Source: Thermoanaerobaculia bacterium (GTDB taxonomy: Bacteria; Acidobacteriota; Thermoanaerobaculia; Multivoradales; SZUA-115). Taken from it: 64,000 nt of DNA. Each line of letters starts with the position of its first letter. Position 1 is the first letter of the stretch. The position numbers and the translations under genes are program-made. The stretch covers positions 136,883 through 200,882 of the forward strand of contig DASUEU010000027.1 of the NCBI GenBank assembly GCA_036274895.1, given 5' to 3'. Below, piece by piece: positions 19,169 through 27,312 of this stretch. The notes beneath the pieces are model-generated. The model saw only the letters and a program-made list of their open reading frames with translations, was not told the DNA's origin and ran no database searches.

Positions 19169-19965
19169 CGGAAGACCGCCTTGCGCTTGTCGACGAAGGC
19201 GCGGTGGGCCTCCTTGAAGTTGGGGTCGAGCATGCAGGCGGCCTGGATCTCGGTCTCGGCGGCCAATGCGCTCTCGAAGTCCATCGTCTGCTCCCTCAGC
19301 ACCATCATCTTGGTCACCGAGAGGCCGAACGACGGCCCGCGGGCGAGCCTCTCCGCCCAGGCGCGGGCTTCGGTCAGGGCTTCGCCGTCCGCCACCACCC
19401 GGTTGTAGAGGCCCATGGCGCAGGCGTCGCGGGCCGAGACGAAGTCCCCGAACATCAGCAGCTCCATGGCCCGGCCCTGGCCGACCAGCCTGGGCAGTAG
19501 CCAGGAGGCGCCCATGTCCGCACCCGAGAGCCCGACCTTGGTGAACAGGAAGGCGATCTTGGCGCTCTCGGCGGCCACGCGCAGGTCGCAGGCCGAGGCG
19601 ATCACCGCGCCGGCCCCGGCGACGGTGCCGTTCAAGGCGCCGAGGATCGGCCGGCGGCAGCGCAGCATGGCGAGGATCAGGGCGCCGGTCGCGCGGGTGA
19701 ACTCCAGCAGGCCCTGGAAATCACGCTCGAGCAGGGGCCCGATGATGTCCTCGACGTCGCCTCCCGAGCAGAAGGCCCGGCCCTCGCCGGTGAGCACGAT
19801 GGCGCGCACCCCCTCCTCTCCGTCGAGGGCGCGGAAGGTCTCCGCGAGCTCGCGGTAGACCTCGAAAGTCAGGGCGTTCAAGCGCTCGGGGCGCGAGAGG
19901 GTGATGGTGGCCACGCCGGTGTCGGCGTCATGGTGGTAGCGGAAGCTCTCGGGCGCGATGGGCAT
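19165..19965 (-). CDS. Enoyl-CoA hydratase/isomerase (crotonase family)
   Basis: ITLSRPERLNAL...AFCSGGDV oxyanion-hole motifs; overlaps the downstream ACAD by 4 bp. Confidence 0.85.
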   Translation of the reverse strand: MPIAPESFRYHHDADTGVATITLSRPERLNALTFEVYRELAETFRALDGEEGVRAIVLTGEGRAFCSGGDVEDIIGPLLERDFQGLLEFTRATGALILAMLRCRRPILGALNGTVAGAGAVIASACDLRVAAESAKIAFLFTKVGLSGADMGASWLLPRLVGQGRAMELLMFGDFVSARDACAMGLYNRVVADGEALTEARAWAERLARGPSFGLSVTKMMVLREQTMDFESALAAETEIQAACMLDPNFKEAHRAFVDKRKAVFR

Positions 19966-20019
19966 GGTGGTCTCCTCGGCCGGGAGGGCGCACGGCTGTG
20001 CGCCCCCACGGCTGACGTT

Positions 20020-20436
20020 TCAGCGACTCTGTGGCTCAGGCACCACGGCCGTGGCTTCGATCTCGACCTTGGCCTCGGGCACTACCAGGGCCGCCACCTG
20101 GAGCAAGGCCATGGCCGGGTAACAGCGGCCCATCACCCGGCGGTAGGCCTCGCCCACGGCCGAAAGATCCGCCAGATACTCGGCGCACGAGGTGACGTAG
20201 AAGTTGATGCGGCCGATGTGCTCCGGCCCACCCCCGGCCGCTCGCACCACCGCGAGCACGTTGCCGAGGGCTGCTTCGAACTGTTCGATGAAGGTGGTGC
20301 CGCGCAGCTGGCCCCCGGCGTCCCAGGCGATCTGCCCGGCGACGAAGAGCAGGCGCCCTCCGGGCGGCGCCAGCATGCCGTTCGAGTAGCCCCGTGGCGC
20401 GCCCAGGGACTCGGGGTTGATCGGGGTCATGGCCGC
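20020..20436 (-). CDS. RidA/YjgF/TdcF family enamine/imine deaminase
   Basis: ~140-aa C-terminal portion of the long ORF 20020..21036. The start could be at 20436 or 20448. The upstream 600 nt of that ORF is an artefact overlapping the SDR gene. Confidence 0.7.
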   Translation of the reverse strand, partial: AAMTPINPESLGAPRGYSNGMLAPPGGRLLFVAGQIAWDAGGQLRGTTFIEQFEAALGNVLAVVRAAGGGPEHIGRINFYVTSCAEYLADLSAVGEAYRRVMGRCYPAMALLQVAALVVPEAKVEIEATAVVPEPQSR

Positions 20437-20438
20437 GC

Positions 20439-21218
20439 TCATGGGATGTAACCTCCGCCGTCGAGCACCCAGGCCTGACCGTTGACCCCCTTGGCCCGCG
20501 GATCGCACAGGCAGCGCACCAGATAGGCCACCTCCTCGGGCTCGAAGATCCGGCCCTGGGGGCTCATCTTGGCCAGGCGGGTGCGGGCGTCCTGGTCCGA
20601 AAGCCCCGTCTTCTCGCGGATCTTGGCCACCGACTGCTCGGTCATCGGGGTGGCGACGTAGCCGGGGCAGACGGCGTTGACCGTCACCCCCTTGGCGGCG
20701 AGCTCCAGGGCGAGCGAGCGGGTCAGACCGATGACGGCATGCTTGGTGGCGGTGTAGGCCGAGATGTAGGGAGCCCCGGCCAGGCCGGCCACCGAGGCGA
20801 CGTTGACCACCCGCCCCCAGCCGCGGCTCGCCATCTCCGGGGCGAACTCCTTGGCGCAGAGGAAGACCCCGTGGACGTTGACCTGCATCAGCCTCTCGAG
20901 CTCGGACAGCTCGAGCAGCTTGAGTGGTGCCGAGGAGGCGATGCCGGCGTTGTTGACCAGGATGTCGACCTGGCCGAAGGCCTCGCGGGCGGCGCGGCCG
21001 AGGGCTTCCACCTCGTCGGGCAGGGTGACGTCGCACCGCGCGGCGGCGGCCCGGTAGCCCTGGCTCACCAGGCTCGCGGCCACCGCCTCGACGTCGGAGC
21101 GGGAACGGGCGGCGACCATCACGGCCGCCCCCTCGCGGGCCAGCTCGGCCGCCACCGCGGCGCCGATGCCTCGGCCGCCGCCGGTGACGACGGCCGTCTT
21201 GCCGGAAAGCGCGCTCAT
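20439..21218 (-). CDS. SDR family oxidoreductase (3-hydroxyacyl-CoA dehydrogenase/FabG-like)
   Basis: TGGGRGIG cofactor motif, NNAG, and the S...Y..K catalytic motif (YTATK). Confidence 0.85.
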   Translation of the reverse strand: MSALSGKTAVVTGGGRGIGAAVAAELAREGAAVMVAARSRSDVEAVAASLVSQGYRAAAARCDVTLPDEVEALGRAAREAFGQVDILVNNAGIASSAPLKLLELSELERLMQVNVHGVFLCAKEFAPEMASRGWGRVVNVASVAGLAGAPYISAYTATKHAVIGLTRSLALELAAKGVTVNAVCPGYVATPMTEQSVAKIREKTGLSDQDARTRLAKMSPQGRIFEPEEVAYLVRCLCDPRAKGVNGQAWVLDGGGYIP

Positions 21219-21997
21219 CCTTCTCCTCCCAGGGCTGCGATCACCGCATCCGCGACGATGCCGCCCAGCTCATGGATCGTGGCGCGACCCTCTTCGGCGG
21301 TGGCCGCCGCCGGGTCGCCGAAATAGGCCATGGGTCCTCCGGCCTCGGCGAAGGTGCGCTGGCCGGCGCGGATCGCCTCCGAGAGGGAGCGGGGGTTGGC
21401 GGCGAGCTGCCGCGCCCGGCCCTGGCGCACCCGCTCGGGCTGGGCGGCGAGGACGATCGAGGTCTCGTATTGGCCGGCGTGGCAGGCCCCGGAGCGCAGC
21501 TCCTCGGTCAGCCGCAGGGCCCAGGGCTTCCTGGCGACGTTGGGGAAGACCACCGGCACGCTGCCTCGGGACCGGGCGGCGACCACCGCAGCTTCGAGCG
21601 CCGCCAGGTGGGCCGGGTCGAGGTGAGCGTTGGCCAGGGCCAGGGCGCGGGCTCCCTGTCGGGTCCAGGCCAGGGCGAGGTCGGCCACCAGGGCCGTGAC
21701 CGTCTCGGCCGTCACCGACAGAGTGCCGGGAAAGGCATCTGCGAAGGGGGCCGCGACGTAGTCGAGGCCCGGGAGCACCACGGCCGTCCAGCCCGCCCGG
21801 GCCAGGATCTCGGCCCCGGCGCTGGCCATGGCCCCGGCGATGATGCCGTCGGTGAGCAGGGAGAGGTGGGGACCGTGGGCCTCGACGGCGCCCACCGGCA
21901 GGATGCCCACCAGCCGCTCCCTGGGGAGGGCTGCGAATTCCGTCCAGGTCAGGGCGGCCAGCTCGAGCGCCGCGCCGCCGGTCTCGGGTTGGCTCAT
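21215..21997 (-). CDS. Creatininase-family amidohydrolase
   Basis: ILPVGAVEAHGPHL and CHAGQYETS motifs of the creatinine amidohydrolase family. Confidence 0.7.
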   Translation of the reverse strand: MSQPETGGAALELAALTWTEFAALPRERLVGILPVGAVEAHGPHLSLLTDGIIAGAMASAGAEILARAGWTAVVLPGLDYVAAPFADAFPGTLSVTAETVTALVADLALAWTRQGARALALANAHLDPAHLAALEAAVVAARSRGSVPVVFPNVARKPWALRLTEELRSGACHAGQYETSIVLAAQPERVRQGRARQLAANPRSLSEAIRAGQRTFAEAGGPMAYFGDPAAATAEEGRATIHELGGIVADAVIAALGGEG

Positions 21998-22731
21998 CGC
22001 GCTCGGGGCTCACTGGCGACGAAGACGGCGGCGATCGAGCCCACTCCCTCGAGCCGCGCCAGGGAGACCGGCTCGAAGCGGTAGGAGGCGGCGCTCACCC
22101 CGGCGGGACCGGGAGCGGCGAAGTCCGGGCCGACGCCCGGCGGCGGCAGCTGCCCGAAGAGCTCGAGACGGCCGAAGCGGGAGCGCAGCAGATCCTCCCA
22201 CTCCCAGAGGTAGAGATTGTTGGGTTGGAAGCTCGAAGCGCGGTGCCGCTCGAGGGTGGTCTCGTCGATCACGGGTGGCACCGAGGCGATCAGGCGACCT
22301 TCTGGGGTGAGGTGCGAGGCCGCCCAGGACACCGCCCGGTCCAAGTCGAGGAGCTGAGCGAGCACGTTGCCGGCGACGATCAGCTCGAAGGAGCCGTTCG
22401 GGCCCCCGGCGCTGTCGAAGGAGCGACAGGAGAAGGTGATCCGGGGGTCGCTGTAACGCCGCCGGGCGAAGGCGACGGACTTGGGGTCGGGATCGAGGGC
22501 CGCCACCGACCGCGCCCCGGCGCGCAGCAGCTCGGCGGCGCCGTAGCCGGTGCCGCAGCCGAGGTCACAGACTGTTCGTCCCTCGGCGAAGCGGCCGGCG
22601 AAGAGATAGAAGCCGAGGTGGGCCTCGAAGAGATCATTGGCCACCACCGGCGCCACCGCCCGGCTTCCCGGCGGCAGGCCGTAGCGCAAGCGGGCCAGAC
22701 GGTTCCTGACACGGCGAAGAAGCGAGGCCAT
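21994..22731 (-). CDS. Class I SAM-dependent methyltransferase
   Basis: DLGCGTGY motif I; AGGAGGG RBS before the ATG at 22731; overlaps the creatininase start by 4 bp. Confidence 0.7.
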   Translation of the reverse strand: MASLLRRVRNRLARLRYGLPPGSRAVAPVVANDLFEAHLGFYLFAGRFAEGRTVCDLGCGTGYGAAELLRAGARSVAALDPDPKSVAFARRRYSDPRITFSCRSFDSAGGPNGSFELIVAGNVLAQLLDLDRAVSWAASHLTPEGRLIASVPPVIDETTLERHRASSFQPNNLYLWEWEDLLRSRFGRLELFGQLPPPGVGPDFAAPGPAGVSAASYRFEPVSLARLEGVGSIAAVFVASEPRAR

Positions 22732-22821
22732 TTCCCTCCTCGGAGCAGCGGGCAGTGAGTCGCGCTCGCGGCGAAACGCGGCGATTCTATCGCCCGGAAG
22801 CCGCGTGTTAATCTTCGCGCC

Positions 22822-23376
22822 ATGCTCCGAGAAGAGCCCGAGATGCTGGTGCCGCGGGCACCGGAAGGCGAGAGGCTCAACCTGCTCTTGCCGTCCCCGA
22901 TCGGCGAGCTCGGGCTGACCCTGCGCGGCACCGTGGTGACGGCCCTCACCATCGCGCCCACCGACGCCCTGCGCGAACGCTACACGCCGTTCACCGAACT
23001 CGATGGCGACGAGTTCCTGGAAGAGGTGGTGGGGCGTTTTTCCGAGTACTTCGCGGGCGCCCGCACCTCCTTGGAGCTCGAGCACGACCTGTCGGATTTC
23101 GAGCTCTCGAGCTTCGCGCGGCGGGTGTTCCGGGAGACGGTGAAGATCCCCTACGGCCGCACCCGCACCTACAACAAGGTGGCCGCCCTGGCCGGGCGCC
23201 CGGAGGCCTACCGGCAAGTGCTCGCCATCCTGGTCGCCAACCCGATCCCGATCCTCATCCCGTGCCACCGGGTGGTGACCCACAAGTCGGGGATCGGCAG
23301 CTTCGTCGGCGGCCAGGACCGCAAGCGCTGGTTGATGGCGATGGAAAAAGAGGCGCTCAAGGAGCAGGACCGGTAG
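22822..23376 (+). CDS. ogt: Methylated-DNA-protein-cysteine methyltransferase
   Basis: IPCHRVV active-site motif and DNA-binding HTH (TYNKVAALAG). Confidence 0.85.
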   Translation: MLREEPEMLVPRAPEGERLNLLLPSPIGELGLTLRGTVVTALTIAPTDALRERYTPFTELDGDEFLEEVVGRFSEYFAGARTSLELEHDLSDFELSSFARRVFRETVKIPYGRTRTYNKVAALAGRPEAYRQVLAILVANPIPILIPCHRVVTHKSGIGSFVGGQDRKRWLMAMEKEALKEQDR

Positions 23377-23509
23377 GGGCGCGGTCTCCGCGCCCCGCGG
23401 CGATCTGCGGCATCCGGTGCAGGGGCCGACCAATGTGTCGGCCCTCCCCGCCCCGGAGGGCGGACACGCTGGTCCGCCCCTACGACCGGAGGCGCACGGC
23501 CGTGCGCCC

Positions 23510-24668
23510 CTACTCCCTCTCGAGGACGATCTCGACCTCGGTCTCGTCCCGAGCCTCGACGGTGAACGTCTTCTCCACCGTTTCGAAGCCCGGTCGCACC
23601 ACCTGCAGGCGGTGCTCGCCCGGATCGATGATCAGGCCCTTCCTCAGGCGACCGAGATCTTCTGCGGTGCCCAGGAAGCGCCCGTCGAGATAGACCGAGG
23701 CGTCCCCCGGCTCGATCACGAGGCGAACGCGGCCCGGCTCACCCCTCACGTCGTAGGCCTCGGCGTCCTCGGCCGGCGGCGCCTTGGCCTCGGCGCCATC
23801 TTCCTGCCAGTACCAGCGCCCTCCCGACCCCTGGCGGGGAGCCTGCTCGCGCTTCGGTGCCGCCCGCTCGAAGATCTCCTCCGGCGGGACGGAGTCTCCC
23901 GGTTGCAGGGTGTCCTCCAGGTCGATCACCACGCCCGAGCGGATCTCGTAATCACGGACGAGGGTCTCATAGCCGTCCAGGTAGACCACCACCTGGTAGC
24001 TGCCCTCGGGCAGCCACAGGAAGCTCGGAAAGCCGTCGAAGTCGTCGGCAGTGCCCATCTGCTGGCCGTCGACCCAGATCTCGGCATGCTCGGGGTTGAC
24101 GTCGAAGTCCAGGGCACCGGAGCGCTCCTGGGTCTCGTACCAGTAGTAGGGGCGGTCGTAGTAGGAGCGGTAGCGGGGATGGTAGTAGTAGGGGTAGTAG
24201 GGATCGTTCCAGCCCCACCACGGCCAGTAGTAGCCGCCGTACCAGCCCCAGTAGTAGTTGTAGTTGTTGGAATGGCGCCCGTAGTAGGTGCCGGGGCGAT
24301 GGTGGTGGCCGTCCCCCGAGCCCCGGGGCCGCTCGACTCGCGTGCGGCCCGGCGACGGCGAACCTTCCCAGCTCGGACGGGTGCGGCCGGCCCGGGCCGA
24401 GGAGGAGGAAGAGCGGTCGCCGCTCTCCCGGGACGAGGCCGAAGGGGACGAGCCCGACGACGAGCGGGAGGAGGAGCTCGAGGCCGACGAGCCGGAAGAC
24501 GAGGACGACCCTGAGGTCGTGCGCTCCACGCGCACCGGGGGACCGCTGCTATCGCTCGGCCTCGAGCGCTCCCCGGCGATCACGCTCTGCGCGCTCGCGA
24601 GGAAGGCGGCGGTTCCGAGCACGAGCGCGACTCGAGGCCACGCGGGGACCTGGCTGGGGACCTTCATG
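23510..24668 (-). CDS. Secreted protein with a Ser-rich and a Tyr/Trp-rich low-complexity region and two C-terminal PEGA domains
   Basis: Signal peptide MKVPSQVPAWPRVALVLGTAAFLASA; ~55-aa segment YYGRHSNNYNYYWGWYGGYYWPWWGWNDPYYPYYYHPRY...; two PEGA-like units (LPEGSYQVVVYLDGYE; IDPGEHRLQVVRPGFE). ATGA overlap with the upstream GT2. Confidence 0.7.
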
Positions 24669-25599
24669 ACGGAATCTCCTTTCCGAGCCCCGCGCCTTCT
24701 TGCCAACCTCGATGGAGGCCTCGGATGTAGTGGAATCGAAGCACTTCCTCCCACACGCGCGGTAGCTTCAGGGGCCACTTCTGCAAGCCCCGGGCCAGTG
24801 CCTCGAGAAGGCGCTGCCGGCGCGGGGAGGGCAACGGCGGTGGCCCCTCGGGTGCCAACCCCAGGAAGGGCCCCAGCTCCGGGTGGAGGCGGTAGAAGAC
24901 CACCCCGCAGTAGCCGGCCTTCTCCTGGCGCACGGCGAAGCGCTCGAGGGTGGTCGGGTGATCGTGGTCGACCACCGCGCGAGGTTCGTAGACCAGCCTC
25001 AGGCCGCGCCGGAACAGGCGATAGCTGGCCTCGATGTCCTCCCAGGCCGGATAGGGGAAGCGCAGGTCGAAGGGCTCGGAGCGCAGCAGCTCCGTGGCGA
25101 GGGAGAGGTTCGAGGTGTAGAAGAAGTTGAAGGGAACCGCCTCGCCATCAGTGATCAGGGCGTAGCCGAATTGAAGACCGTGCTCGTTGATGTAGCGCAG
25201 AAAGGGGTCGAGCCGCATCCGCGGGTGCCAGCGGGTGTAGCCGATCACCGCGAGCTCGGGAGGGCAGCCGCGGGAGACGAAGGCCCCGTGGTGCGAGGAA
25301 AGCCAGCGCGGCGTCGGGACGGTGTCGTCCCCCAGGAAGGCCACCCGGGGGGCCCGGGCCAGCTCCACCCCTCGGTTGCGGGCCGCCGCCGGGCCGCGGT
25401 TCTCCTGGCGCAGAAAGCGAAACGGTCGCGACGAGCGATGGCCGGCGAGCAGCGCCGCCGTGCCATCGGTCGAGCCGTCGTCGACCACGATCACCTCGAA
25501 GTCCGGCGCCTCCACCTGAGCCTCGAGGGCGGTGAGCACCTCCGGCAGGACGTCCATGCGGTTGTAGGTGGGGATGACGATCGAGTAGGCGGGGACCAC
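24664..25599 (-). CDS. Glycosyltransferase family 2
   Basis: SIVIPTYNR...VIVVDDGSTDGT GT-A fold motifs. Confidence 0.85.
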   Translation of the reverse strand: MVPAYSIVIPTYNRMDVLPEVLTALEAQVEAPDFEVIVVDDGSTDGTAALLAGHRSSRPFRFLRQENRGPAAARNRGVELARAPRVAFLGDDTVPTPRWLSSHHGAFVSRGCPPELAVIGYTRWHPRMRLDPFLRYINEHGLQFGYALITDGEAVPFNFFYTSNLSLATELLRSEPFDLRFPYPAWEDIEASYRLFRRGLRLVYEPRAVVDHDHPTTLERFAVRQEKAGYCGVVFYRLHPELGPFLGLAPEGPPPLPSPRRQRLLEALARGLQKWPLKLPRVWEEVLRFHYIRGLHRGWQEGAGLGKEIPS

Positions 25600-25691
25600 G
25601 AGGCGAAACTACTCCAAAGCCCCCGAGGGCGCCAGGCCGCAGGGTAGCTCCCGCCGGAATACCCGCCTCTGAATCTCCGTATGGCATAGTC

Positions 25692-26324
25692 GTGGTCACC
25701 GAGATGGCAATCCCCCAACCCTCGATCCTCACGGCGCCGGCCTCCGCCGAGAGCGAGCTGGTGAGCCTGGCTCGCAGTGGCGACGCTGCGGCCTGTGACG
25801 AGCTGGCCCGCCGGTTCCGGCAGCCGGCCTATCTGCTCGCCCTCCAGCTGCTGGGCGACCAGGAAGATGCCCTCGACGTCGCCCAGGACTCGCTCCTGCG
25901 CTTCTTCACCAAGCTCCACCGTTTCCGCTCCGGGCTGCCCGTCAAACCCTGGCTGCTGTCGATCGTCCGCAACCGAGCCCTCGACCTGGTGCGGCGCAAG
26001 AAGGTGCGCCGTGCCGAGCCCCTGGAGAACGAAGAAGGGGATTACCGGCCGGAGCTGATCGACCATGGTGTCGACCCGGAGACCGACTACGCTCGGCGCG
26101 AGCTCAAGGAGCGCCTGTGGCGGGCCCTCGGGCTGTTGCCCGCCAACCAGCGCGAGATCCTCGTCCTGCGCGACTACCAGGACCTCTCCTACGCCGAGAT
26201 CGCCAGGGTGCTCGACGTTCCGGTGGGCACGGTGATGTCCCGCCTGCACCGCGCCCGCGCCGGCCTGCGCGTCCTGCTCGAGCGGGAGGGCTCGGCCGGC
26301 TTCCCGAGGAGCACTGCCCTGTGA
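25692..26324 (+). CDS. ECF-subfamily RNA polymerase sigma-70 factor
   Basis: Sigma70_r2 (LLALQLLGDQEDALDVAQDSLLRFF) and r4 (LSYAEIARVLDVPVGTVMSRLHRAR) regions. Confidence 0.85.
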   Translation: MVTEMAIPQPSILTAPASAESELVSLARSGDAAACDELARRFRQPAYLLALQLLGDQEDALDVAQDSLLRFFTKLHRFRSGLPVKPWLLSIVRNRALDLVRRKKVRRAEPLENEEGDYRPELIDHGVDPETDYARRELKERLWRALGLLPANQREILVLRDYQDLSYAEIARVLDVPVGTVMSRLHRARAGLRVLLEREGSAGFPRSTAL

Positions 26325-26761
26325 GCAAGAATCCGCCTCTCTTCGACGAGTCCCTCCTCTCCGGCTACCTCGACGGCGAGCTCACCCAGGCCGAGTCGCA
26401 GCGAGTCCGCCTCCACCTCGAGACCGACCCGGAAGCCCGCCGCATCTTCGACGACCTCTCGCGCATGCGCCAGGCCGCCCGCGGCACCCGCTTCCGGCTG
26501 CCCGACGACCGCCAGTGGGACGAGCGACCCAAGCACTCCGGCAGCCGGCTGGCTCGCGATGCCGGCTGGCTGCTGCTGGCCATCTGGCTGGTCGCGACCA
26601 CCGGCTTCGGCCTCTATCACCTGGCGGTGTCCCCGGAAGGGCTGTGGCTGAAGCTGACCATCTTCGCACCGCTGTCAGGCATCGCCTTGCTGTTCGGCTC
26701 GACGGTGCTCGATCGACTGAAGACCCTTCCGACCGACCGCTATCGGAGAGTGGAGAAATGA
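26321..26761 (+). CDS. Anti-sigma factor (zf-HC2-like, single TM)
   Basis: The GTG start overlaps the sigma stop (GTGA). LLSGYLDGELT...H motif, then a TM segment. Confidence 0.65.
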   Translation: MSKNPPLFDESLLSGYLDGELTQAESQRVRLHLETDPEARRIFDDLSRMRQAARGTRFRLPDDRQWDERPKHSGSRLARDAGWLLLAIWLVATTGFGLYHLAVSPEGLWLKLTIFAPLSGIALLFGSTVLDRLKTLPTDRYRRVEK

Positions 26762-27084
26762 TCGTTGCCACCACGGAGACCATCGTCGGCAAGAAGGTGG
26801 TCCGCACCCTCGGGCTGGTACGCGGCAACGCCGTGCGAGCCCGCCACATCGGGCGCGACCTGATGGCCGCCCTGCGCAATCTGGTGGGTGGCGAGATCCC
26901 CGAGTACACCAAGCTGATCGCCGAGGCCCGAGAGCAGGCCCTCGACCGCATGGTGGAGGAGGCTCACGAGCTGGGAGCGGGGGCCGTGCTGGGCGTGCGC
27001 TTCTCGACCTCGGAGCTGACCCGCGGCGCGGCCGAGCTGCTGGCCTACGGCACCGCCGTCGAGCTCGCCGACGACCAAGACTGA
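26758..27084 (+). CDS. YbjQ/UPF0145 family protein
   Basis: ATGA-coupled to the anti-sigma gene; MIVATTETIVGK...GNAV.A YbjQ-like sequence. Confidence 0.7.
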   Translation: MIVATTETIVGKKVVRTLGLVRGNAVRARHIGRDLMAALRNLVGGEIPEYTKLIAEAREQALDRMVEEAHELGAGAVLGVRFSTSELTRGAAELLAYGTAVELADDQD

Positions 27085-27312
27085 GCCGAGAGAGGATCAC
27101 CGCCTCGAGGTGCCGGTGGGTCCCCGCCGCCGCACCGTCCCTGGCTAGGCGGCCCGGCACCTCCCCAGCGCCGGGTCCGGACGGAGCGGCGGAGGCTGCC
27201 ACCGGCGAGGCCGGCCCGGCAACCCCCTCTCGCTCCAGATACGGAAGGGCCCGGCGAAGGTGACTCCGCCGGGCTCGGATCGCGCCGCGGGGCCCTATAC
27301 TCTTCCGCCGAA

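Noticed and set aside
20448-21036. N-terminal 200 codons of the 338-aa ORF 20020..21036
   Set aside because: Only the C-terminal ~140 aa form a RidA domain. The upstream part overlaps the SDR gene in another frame and lacks a start context.
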